DNA of 48,568 nucleotides from Blastocatellia bacterium (GTDB lineage Bacteria; Acidobacteriota; Blastocatellia; UBA7656): NCBI GenBank assembly GCA_023265195.1, contig JAHFUG010000004.1, forward strand, positions 1-48,568, in the 5' to 3' direction. Below are positions 16,744 through 24,274 of the stretch, one piece after another; the stretch's first letter is position 1; each line of letters starts with the position of its first letter. The notes under the pieces are model-generated. The model made no database searches. It saw nothing but the letters and a program-made list of their open reading frames with translations, and was not told the DNA's origin. The position numbers and the translations under genes are program-made.

Positions 16744-17175
16744 TCACTGTTTCTTTTCTACTGCCCGATGCTGCCAACAGCGGCCGCCAAATTTGACCTT
16801 TCGTTGACACGGTTTGCCCGACCGAGTCGGCGCTCCGCACACGGTCTCATTCGCCACGATCAGAGCGGCGGCCTTCTGCTCCTGGCCGCCTGCCGCCGAA
16901 CTTGCCGCGTTTGCCGCGGACCCGTTGGAATTAATGTCAGCGTCATCGACTCGGGTTCCGATGAACTGAAACGGTTGCTTCGGCGCCGTCATTCGTCCGG
17001 CAAAGAATGCACACGCTAGAACCGCCGTTAGAATCACGCCCAGCCCTAAGCCGTTGTAACCCGCTTTGGGTCCGCAGACGGCGCATCGAGATCCCTTTCG
17101 CCCAGTACGGCCGGCCGTCAAGCCCAACCGTTCTCCACACCCTGAACAAAACTTTTCGTACCGAGAAGCCATCAT
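16744..17175 (-). CDS. Hypothetical Zn-ribbon membrane protein
   Basis: 143 aa. N-terminal CSGCG...CAVCG ribbon, one TM (LGLGVILTAVLACAFFAG) and a C-terminal CGAPTRSGKPCQRKVKFGGRCWQH Cys/His motif. No family recognised. Confidence 0.5.
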   Translation of the reverse strand: MMASRYEKFCSGCGERLGLTAGRTGRKGSRCAVCGPKAGYNGLGLGVILTAVLACAFFAGRMTAPKQPFQFIGTRVDDADINSNGSAANAASSAAGGQEQKAAALIVANETVCGAPTRSGKPCQRKVKFGGRCWQHRAVEKKQ

Positions 17176-17324
17176 TTCCCGATCGCGTGTTCCTCCTGTA
17201 AGCGCCGGACCGCGGCCGCCAATTCTGCTCCAGCCGCGAGTGGCAAACCACCAGACCTTTTTGATCCCCTTTCTTTCCTTTCGGGGCCCGCAAAGTCCAG
17301 GCGTCTGACGTAAGTCCCCTCCGA

Positions 17325-19985
17325 TTATTCCGGCTTGTCGTCGGAATACTCGAGCTTCACATAGCTGTTCGAGTCGCCCACTACAAAGATATAATCCCGA
17401 GCGCCTATCTTGACGCGAGTCACTCCTTCCGGCTTCATTAGCTTATCCAAAAGCGCCTCTTCACGCGGCCGATTTTGTTCGCTGGTTTGATCGGCGTCTC
17501 CGTTCCACTCCCACAATTTGAAGCCGGTTTTCTCGTGATGTTGAGGCGCGCCCGATATTATCAAGAATGATTTCAGCCGGCTGTCATACTGAATGTCGCG
17601 AACGCCAAGTCCCTCCAATGAAATCTGAATCGCGTGAGCTTCAGCGAGATGAAGATTTTCCCGCGAGAATTCCCCGCGGGGATCGCGCAACTTGATGGGC
17701 ACGATCAGCGCATTCCCGCCGATCACCGGCGACCGCAGTCCGAGCAGCAGCCGTTCGTGATTCGGATCCCAGGATACGCCTTCAATATTGAGCCCTCCGG
17801 CGTCCGCCGATTTGTCCGAATAATCCTTCAACTCCGGAACCGTTGAGAGAAGAAACTCGCGCAGGGTTTCGATAACTTCCGTCTTGCCTCGAACGGTCCC
17901 GTTCGATGAATCAAGAGCGAATCTGGCTAATGCATTGCGCGGCCCGCCGGCGGGATTCGACTGCGAGCCCATAACGTAGAAAAAGCCCCCGCCATAAGTG
18001 ATTCCTTCGGGGTCTTCAATACTGGCTCCGAGCGGCACGCGCCTTACATCGCCCGACTGATTTCCCGACTCGTCCAATTGCATCCACATCACTTCGCCGG
18101 GATTATTGTCGTCGACGAACAGGACTGCATTCTCACCCGGAACCTGAATCACGCCGGACGCTTCGAAATTGCCGCCCTTGATTTGAATGCCCGATCCCAG
18201 CTTGCCAAGCTTAAGTTTAGCTTTGCCTTTCTTACTTGGTTCAAGGGCCTTCTTGTCCGTGCCGGAGCCGCGCTGGGTTAAGTAGATCGCCAGTCCCACC
18301 GTCAACACGACTCCGAGCACTTGAGCGACGACGCGGCCCGCCGAGCTGATGTAAGCGGCCTTGATCCGCTCGTCCTTTTTCTTCTTCTTCCTTTTCTTCT
18401 TCTCGGCCTTGGCTGCTGCTTGATCGACTTCATCGCCCTGGACGGCCGCCGCCGTTTCCAAGGCATGCTGCGCGGGACGCTCGACCCCGGCCGGAACCGC
18501 GGGGCCAGCCGGCGCCGGCGCTACACAAAACGAGCCGGATACGGTGCGCCTGCGGACTTCTTCGATGGCGGCCGGGGAAAGGGTCGCGGTCGTGTTTTCG
18601 GTGGTCTCCGCCGGATTACGAAAGGTGAGTACGGTCTTGCCGAACTGAATCTTGTCGCCGTGCTTGAGAGTGCGCGATTCCGCCCCAAGCCGTTCGCCGT
18701 TGACGAACGTTCCGTTCCGGCTATCGAGATCGACTATGGTGTAACAGTTGTCGCGCGCAACGATGATTGCGTGCGAGTTGCTGACGGTCGCGTCGGATAG
18801 CACGATATTGTTATGAGCGGCCTTCCCGATCTCGACTTCCTGCTGAGCAACCGGAAACTCTATCTTCTCGCCTGTCGGAGCGACCCCGACGAGCTTTGGT
18901 CCGTATCGAAGGTTAACCTGCGCAGTCAATTCATCGAGAGTAGCCAATCTCAAATCGACCGGCATTAGGCTGCCGCGCTCAACCGCGTCGATCACGGCTC
19001 TATCGGTGGGATCGGAGACCGCGATGACCAAGCGCCCGGCCTCCTGCGCCACCGGCGTTACACGGTTGGTTAGGGCGAAACCGGCGGTGATCTTCGCCGA
19101 AGCTGATTCATCGATCTTGGCGATCCGAAAATCCGCGATTGGAATTCTAAACGTTCTGCTCATCAAATCACGCAGAGCATCTTGACTGGCAAGCCGTTCC
19201 GCGAGGACGGCGCTATAGAGCCGCGTTCCAGACTGGCGGAGCCGCGCCAGGTCTTCTCTCGACGCAACGCCCGCGGCAATCAAAGCCTCGGCAAGCGAGT
19301 CTTCGGTAAGCGGAGGAGGAGCCGCCGGCTGAGTTCCGGCCATCACCGATGAAGTAATTATGGCGGTGTCGCTGTGACCCGATTGTCTGAACGTGAGCTT
19401 CGACCTTCCCAGCGTTACTATGTCGCCGTGCTGAAGCCGCCGCTTCTCGGTTATTCGCTCGGCTCCTACAAACGTTCCATTTCGGCTGCTGAGATCGGTG
19501 ATGAAGAAGCTCTCCCCGCCGCCGGCGATCACGGCGTGCGCCGTGGAAACAGAGGGATCGGCGAGCACGATGGTGTTGCGAGGCCCCTTCCCGATTCGAG
19601 TTTCGGATTCCATGATCTCGCGGTCAAAGACATCGCCGGTCGGCAACACGATTCGAAGCGTGGCGCCGTGCTGGCGCGCCGGTTCTTCCGTGGCTGGTGG
19701 AGTCTCGGCTGCGTTGATCGCAATGGTCTTGAACGAGTCGGCGGGATTCGATGACCCTGCGCCGGCGTTGGCCGCCGGGGTCGCTTCCGCCTTGGAGCAT
19801 GGCCCGGCCGGCGCCGCTGAGTCGGGAGCTAACGGGCTGCCGGCTTGGGCGCCGGTCTGGTGAGTTGTCGGAGGCGGGGCCGCGGGCTCGCTCGCGTCAA
19901 CAGGCAATTCGCCGCCGCAACGGTAGCAAAATCGCTGCGCTTCGCTTGTGACTTGAGCACCGCATTCGGGGCAGTGGGTAATCAT
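17325..19985 (-). CDS. Multidomain protein: Zn-ribbon, FHA, T2SSE_N (GspE/MshE N-terminal-like), FHA, TM, extracytoplasmic DUF3616-like beta-propeller
   Basis: 886 aa. Starts CPECGAQV..CYRCG. Two FHA cores (RIGKGPRNTIVLADPSVSTAHAVI..SRNGTFV and EIGKAAHNNIVLSDATVSNSHAII..SRNGTFVNG). T2SSE_N-like LAEALIAAGVASREDLARLRQ...LVIAVSDPTD. A KKKRKKKKKDER run followed by a TM. C-terminal EGITYGGGFFYVMGS...LNIEGVSWD...GLRSP repeats. Confidence 0.8.
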   Translation of the reverse strand: MITHCPECGAQVTSEAQRFCYRCGGELPVDASEPAAPPPTTHQTGAQAGSPLAPDSAAPAGPCSKAEATPAANAGAGSSNPADSFKTIAINAAETPPATEEPARQHGATLRIVLPTGDVFDREIMESETRIGKGPRNTIVLADPSVSTAHAVIAGGGESFFITDLSSRNGTFVGAERITEKRRLQHGDIVTLGRSKLTFRQSGHSDTAIITSSVMAGTQPAAPPPLTEDSLAEALIAAGVASREDLARLRQSGTRLYSAVLAERLASQDALRDLMSRTFRIPIADFRIAKIDESASAKITAGFALTNRVTPVAQEAGRLVIAVSDPTDRAVIDAVERGSLMPVDLRLATLDELTAQVNLRYGPKLVGVAPTGEKIEFPVAQQEVEIGKAAHNNIVLSDATVSNSHAIIVARDNCYTIVDLDSRNGTFVNGERLGAESRTLKHGDKIQFGKTVLTFRNPAETTENTTATLSPAAIEEVRRRTVSGSFCVAPAPAGPAVPAGVERPAQHALETAAAVQGDEVDQAAAKAEKKKRKKKKKDERIKAAYISSAGRVVAQVLGVVLTVGLAIYLTQRGSGTDKKALEPSKKGKAKLKLGKLGSGIQIKGGNFEASGVIQVPGENAVLFVDDNNPGEVMWMQLDESGNQSGDVRRVPLGASIEDPEGITYGGGFFYVMGSQSNPAGGPRNALARFALDSSNGTVRGKTEVIETLREFLLSTVPELKDYSDKSADAGGLNIEGVSWDPNHERLLLGLRSPVIGGNALIVPIKLRDPRGEFSRENLHLAEAHAIQISLEGLGVRDIQYDSRLKSFLIISGAPQHHEKTGFKLWEWNGDADQTSEQNRPREEALLDKLMKPEGVTRVKIGARDYIFVVGDSNSYVKLEYSDDKPE

Positions 19986-20403
19986 CGTTCAGCATTGATC
20001 GGGATTCGGTTCAAGCTTGGAAGCTTGCGGTCTGATATACTCTGGGCCGGAGGTTGCCTCATTCTGAATCCGAAGTGGAGTATATCCAGCGGGTACTTTG
20101 AAATCAAATAACCGCATTGACTCATCAAAAAGGTCCCGAAGTTGAATCGCTGCCTCACGTAAAAATGTGATCGAAATTGACTCGGGGCATGTACCCTTCC
20201 TGGGCGAGAGTCAAAGGAGGATCAACGGGGCTAAGGTATCCCCATAGAGTTCAATGCGAGTGGCTCCGCGAAAGGGAAGGGGGTCCTTCCGGTACTTCTC
20301 CGCCGTCACTGCTATTACCGCCCAATGAACAATCAGGAGGGCATTACAACCGCCGCGTCAATCATTCCGTCGAGGATGAAGCGCTCTCATGACCGGCCCT
20401 CGA

Positions 20404-21066
20404 TCATAACGACCGGTAGAATTCGCAGTAGTCAACCAGACAGCATTGCTCGCAAGAAGGGTTTCGAGGCCGGCAGACGCTCCGGCCATGTCTGATCAAG
20501 TTTATGTGCGCCTCATAGTACCTGTCCGGGGGGAACAAGGCGGCCAGAACCAAATGAGCCTCCTTATCCCCGCAACTGTCGCCGATCAAACCCAGCCGCT
20601 TGGCGATGCGGAGTATGTGCGTGTCCACCGGAAAAACAGGTTGACCACAAGCAAATAGAAGCGTGCAAGCAATTGTTATCGGCCCGACGCCCTTAATGTT
20701 CGAGAGAAAGTCCGTAGCCTCGTCGATGGGCAAGCCGCACAGAAAGTTCAAGTCGGTTTGTCCGGTACGGTTGTGGATATTGGTTAACAGGAGCTTGATT
20801 CGTTGAGCCTTCTGCCTTCCAAGCCCTCCCGATTTGATGGCGGCTTCGATAGTCGAGCGTCTGGCCCCGCGGGCTTCGTCCCAGGATCGAAAGCGGCTCT
20901 TGAGATTCGAAAAGGTCCGGTTGCTATTAACGTTGGTAGTCGACTGCGAAAGTATCGCCAGTATCAAAACGTCGAGCGGGCTGATCGGCGGCTCACGTTC
21001 CGGCACGCCATAGGCGGCCTTCAGATTTTGAATGACGTAGGGGATTTTGTCGGAAGCGATGCTCAT
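20404..21066 (-). CDS. Endonuclease III-like HhH-GPD DNA glycosylase with 4Fe-4S cluster loop
   Basis: Start moved to ATG 21066 (MSIASDKIPY). HhH region LSNIKGVGPITIACTLLFA, then VDTHILRIAKRLG and the Cys ladder CRPRNPSCEQCCLVDYC (Cx6Cx2Cx5C). Confidence 0.8.
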   Translation of the reverse strand: MSIASDKIPYVIQNLKAAYGVPEREPPISPLDVLILAILSQSTTNVNSNRTFSNLKSRFRSWDEARGARRSTIEAAIKSGGLGRQKAQRIKLLLTNIHNRTGQTDLNFLCGLPIDEATDFLSNIKGVGPITIACTLLFACGQPVFPVDTHILRIAKRLGLIGDSCGDKEAHLVLAALFPPDRYYEAHINLIRHGRSVCRPRNPSCEQCCLVDYCEFYRSL

Positions 21067-21403
21067 TGCTCGATAGCTTGCCAAGCGTGGCGAAGCCGTA
21101 AGGCGATTCTTGCGTGGTGCCGGCGCCGGTGACAGTAGCCCAACCCTGGGGAACATCAAGCCTTCCCCTCAGGTTCGGGCTACTGACACCGCTCGCCAAC
21201 AATGCTACTGCCTTACTCACTTCCTAGCGCCGTTTCTCTTCTCTGGAGCCTCTGGAGTTTTCGATATCGGGCGTAAAGCTCCTGGTCTTTCCACCTAACA
21301 TTTGTCGCGGACTCCTCCGAACGCCCGACCAACAGATTCTTCCGATGCCCTAACCCACCAGGGCGTTATACGAAAGGTAGTGAAAGGTATGAAAATAGCC
21401 CGT

Positions 21404-21523
21404 TGACAGCTTTGGCCCCGCTCCATAATAATCGCCGGAGGTCGTGGTAGGAATAACACACATCGACAAGGAAAAGCTACCACGGCCTCCGGCGATTATT
21501 ATGGAGCGGGGCCAAAGCTGTCA
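21404..21523. repeat. Near-perfect palindrome: 47-bp arms (1 mismatch) around a 26-nt spacer
   Basis: Left arm 21404-21450 TGACAGCTTTGGCCCCGCTCCATAATAATCGCCGGAGGTCGTGGTAG. Right arm 21477-21523 is its reverse complement except for one base. The left arm begins inside TTGACA (21403-21408), with TAATAAT 17 nt downstream. Confidence 0.95.
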
Positions 21524-21616
21524 CACAATGCTGCCGTTGAATGCCGGATGTACCCGCCCTGTGGTTGGCGCGGGCCAAGTGATGCTGGACTGCGTAAGTT
21601 ATCGAAGAGGTGCGAA

Positions 21617-21814
21617 ATGGCCAAATCTAGAGTAACGCATTACAAACCTAAGGTGCAGGTCCATAGCACTAAAGACGGTGCTCTATATATCAATCCCAAG
21701 GACGTTCTCTTCACCAGCGAGGGCAAGGAGAATATGCGCCGTATTCGGCTGCTGTTCGAGAAGGCACGGCGTGAATCAACGGAATCCGGTGGCGAAAAAG
21801 TCATTCGCGGTTAA
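21617..21814 (+). CDS. Hypothetical 65-aa protein (low-GC cassette)
   Basis: ATG 21617 with AAGAGGTG 6 nt upstream. Sequence MAKSRVTHYKPKVQVHSTKDGALYINPKDVLFTSEGKENMRRIRLLFEKARRE. No family recognised. Confidence 0.45.
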   Translation: MAKSRVTHYKPKVQVHSTKDGALYINPKDVLFTSEGKENMRRIRLLFEKARRESTESGGEKVIRG

Positions 21815-21834
21815 GCAGTCATCTATTCCGACAA

Positions 21835-22608
21835 ATGGTCTTCAATCTGCTCTTCCTGCCTTTACTCGGCGGGTTTATTTTCATTCGTCATTGCAGGCTA
21901 ACCAGGTATTACACCTTGCGGTCTGAAGGATATGTTCTATTATTCTACTCCGCGACAGCCGCTGTTTTCTTCAGCATTACTGCTACGCTGATCACTTTTC
22001 ACGCCGAACCAAGCTATCCCAACTTCAACATTTGGTGGCATCAAATTATTCCGTTTGAGCATTCAGGCAAGGCCGTTTTTGCATTCGCTTTGGGTGTCGT
22101 CTTATGGCCAATCATTAACATCTTCTCTGATGATACGACTCAGGCGTATAGGGCCATCAAAAGAAGGCGGAATCCATTGGAAGTACTATTTATGAATGCA
22201 ATGGAGAATAGTCAATTAGTAGCGATGTCACTAAAGAACAAAAAGGTATACGTCGGATATGTCGTCTCTACGTCAAATCCAGCTTTCCCCTTGGAGTCAG
22301 TGGCAATCAGTCCAATGATGAGCGGCTTTAGGAATGACGCAGATCAGACCGTTAGATTCACAACTCCCTACATCGACGCTTACGACCAAATAAAGACAGC
22401 AACTGCCGAAAGGGTCGGAAAGGAAGCCGCCGCCGATCCCGATATGCACGAACAAGAGATCCAAACTTGGATTGAAGAAGAGACTACTAAGGCGGTAAAT
22501 AGTTTCAGGCATATCATTATGGTCCGAGAGATCGATACCGCCTTTCCATTCCAGCTTGACATTTATGAACTGTATTTTGGGGCTCATATAAAGGCTGGGC
22601 CGAACTAA
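21835..22608 (+). CDS. Hypothetical 257-aa membrane-anchored protein (low-GC cassette)
   Basis: Three predicted N-terminal TM segments (LLFLPLLGGFIFI, VLLFYSATAAVFFSITATLITF, AVFAFALGVVLWPIINIF), then a soluble part with QLVAMSLKNKKVYVGYVVSTSNP...MMSGFRND. Hand counts give ~45-47% GC. No family recognised with confidence. Confidence 0.6.
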   Translation: MVFNLLFLPLLGGFIFIRHCRLTRYYTLRSEGYVLLFYSATAAVFFSITATLITFHAEPSYPNFNIWWHQIIPFEHSGKAVFAFALGVVLWPIINIFSDDTTQAYRAIKRRRNPLEVLFMNAMENSQLVAMSLKNKKVYVGYVVSTSNPAFPLESVAISPMMSGFRNDADQTVRFTTPYIDAYDQIKTATAERVGKEAAADPDMHEQEIQTWIEEETTKAVNSFRHIIMVREIDTAFPFQLDIYELYFGAHIKAGPN

Positions 22609-22742
22609 ACCCAATTGGAGATTCTTCAGTCCCGGTCACGAGGGCAGTCATGACTCGCCGCGACGAGTCCTCATTATCACTCAACGGAAGAATCTCCGTA
22701 TTCAGTGAAGGCTCGCAAGCTGTTTCCTGGAAGTAAGCAGCG

Positions 22743-22788
22743 TTGACAATGTTTCGGACGCTTTGCAATAATCGACCACTGTTACAAT
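22743..22788 (+). promoter_or_regulatory. Candidate sigma70-type promoter(s) for tRNA-Arg
   Basis: TTGACA (22743-22748), a 17-18 nt spacer, then CAATAAT (22766-22772). An alternative -10 is TACAAT at 22783-22788. The tRNA starts at 22804. Confidence 0.4.
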
Positions 22789-22803
22789 GTTGTTTTGAAT
22801 CAC

Positions 22804-22880
22804 GCGCCCGTAGCTCAGTTGGATAGAGCGTCTGGCTACGAACCAGAAGGTCGGGAGTTCGAATCTCTCCGGGCGCACCA
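22804..22880 (+). tRNA. tRNA-Arg, anticodon ACG, CCA encoded
   Basis: Folded by hand. Acceptor GCGCCCG/CGGGCGC, D arm GCTC-AGTTGGATA-GAGC, anticodon stem TCTGG/CCAGA with loop CTACGAA, variable AGGTC, T arm GGGAG-TTCGAAT-CTCTC, then discriminator A and CCA. Total 77 nt. Confidence 0.95.
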
Positions 22881-22947
22881 CGTTCACGCCGCGGAAAGCC
22901 GGGCCTCCAAACACAATCTGAGGCGCTTCGTTCATCAGAGGTAAGAC

Positions 22948-24267
22948 TTGCCTCAACGAAACTACCGCGACCCTCTACACAATATTATCTCGCTGGATGA
23001 AAGCGTACCCGAAGACCGTCTTATCATTGACCTGATAGACTGCGCGGAGTTTCAGAGGCTCCGCCGCGTCAAGCAGCTCGGCTTGGCGATGTTGACATAT
23101 CAGGGAGCCGAACACAGCCGCTTTACGCACTCGCTCGGCGTGATGCACCTGATGACAAGGGTTCTCGGCCTGCTGTCGAAACAACTCGATATCAGCCCCG
23201 AATCAAAAGCTGCGGCCCGGGCCGGTTCTCTTTTGCATGACGTGGGCCACGGCCCCTTCTCTCACGTAGTGGAGAAGGTGTTCAGGTTCCATCACGAAGA
23301 CTGGAGCCGGCGGATCATTCTGGATGACGTGACGGAAGTTAACGGAGTTCTACGGCGATACGATGAATCGCTGCCGGCCAAGACGGCTTCTCTCTTCGAT
23401 CACACATTCAAACCGGAGTTCATCTCCCAGCTCGTCTCGTCTCAGCTTGACTGCGACCGGATGGACTATCTCTTGCGCGACAGCTTGATGACCGGGGCAA
23501 AGTATGGCGTGTATGACCTCGAGTGGGTACTGCATGCCCTCCGCGTGGATGAGATCAACGATCGAATCTACGTCGAGGCGAAGGGGCTTTACGCCGTGGA
23601 AGAATATTTGCAGGCCCGTTACTACATGTTCAGGCAGGTCTACTTCCACCGCGCTCTAAGATCGGCCGAGGCTGTTCTGGTCTCCGCGTTGTCGCGCGCG
23701 CGCCGGCTCATGGAAAAGGGCGGACTGAAGTTCCGCATGAGGAACTCGCCTCTTGAGAAGATGATGGTGGGCGGAGAAGTGACAACCAGCGAGTACCTGA
23801 GCCTGGATGACACCGACGTTACATTTTATATGAAGCAATGGATGGCGGAGCCGGATCCCGTGCTGTCGGATCTCTGCCGGCGTTTCGTAAACCGGAAGCT
23901 GTTCAAGGCGACCGATCTAACGCTATCGGGGGAAGAACTCGATATTTTCATGACTCTGGCGCGGGCAAGTCTTCAGCAAGCGGGGTTCGACCCGGATTAC
24001 TACCTGATAATAGACCGAGCCGGAGACATACCATACTACGGGTATTATTCTCCCGCCGAAGCCGATCAGGGCAGGCTTATATATGTCGAGAAGCCTGGAG
24101 GGGGGATCGCCGAGATAAGCGAGGTTTCCGAAGTCGTACGCGCAATGCGAGGTTATAAGATCGAGCGCATCTGCTATCCCGTGGAGATGAGTTCGGCAAT
24201 AGCGACCGCGCTGACAAAGAGTTCTGGCGCGTCCGCCGGCGGCCGCGTCGACGCAGGCCGGGCGTGA
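22948..24267 (+). CDS. HD-domain phosphohydrolase, SAMHD1/dNTP-triphosphohydrolase-like (COG1078-type)
   Basis: TTG start. [52 protein letters not shown] and [12 protein letters not shown] are the family motifs. Confidence 0.85.
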   Translation: MPQRNYRDPLHNIISLDESVPEDRLIIDLIDCAEFQRLRRVKQLGLAMLTYQGAEHSRFTHSLGVMHLMTRVLGLLSKQLDISPESKAAARAGSLLHDVGHGPFSHVVEKVFRFHHEDWSRRIILDDVTEVNGVLRRYDESLPAKTASLFDHTFKPEFISQLVSSQLDCDRMDYLLRDSLMTGAKYGVYDLEWVLHALRVDEINDRIYVEAKGLYAVEEYLQARYYMFRQVYFHRALRSAEAVLVSALSRARRLMEKGGLKFRMRNSPLEKMMVGGEVTTSEYLSLDDTDVTFYMKQWMAEPDPVLSDLCRRFVNRKLFKATDLTLSGEELDIFMTLARASLQQAGFDPDYYLIIDRAGDIPYYGYYSPAEADQGRLIYVEKPGGGIAEISEVSEVVRAMRGYKIERICYPVEMSSAIATALTKSSGASAGGRVDAGRA

Positions 24268-24274
24268 TTAATGT

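Noticed and set aside
20100-20400. Possible SRP/4.5S-like RNA because of CCGGAAGGA on the minus strand
   Set aside because: The surrounding sequence lacks the conserved GGUCAGGUCCGGAAGGAAGCAGCC helix-8 context.
21295-21635. Two mirror ORFs (62 aa on -, 63 aa on +) sharing LPRPPAIIMERGQSC
   Set aside because: The shared peptide is simply the two arms of the 47-bp palindrome translated on opposite strands. Neither is treated as a gene.
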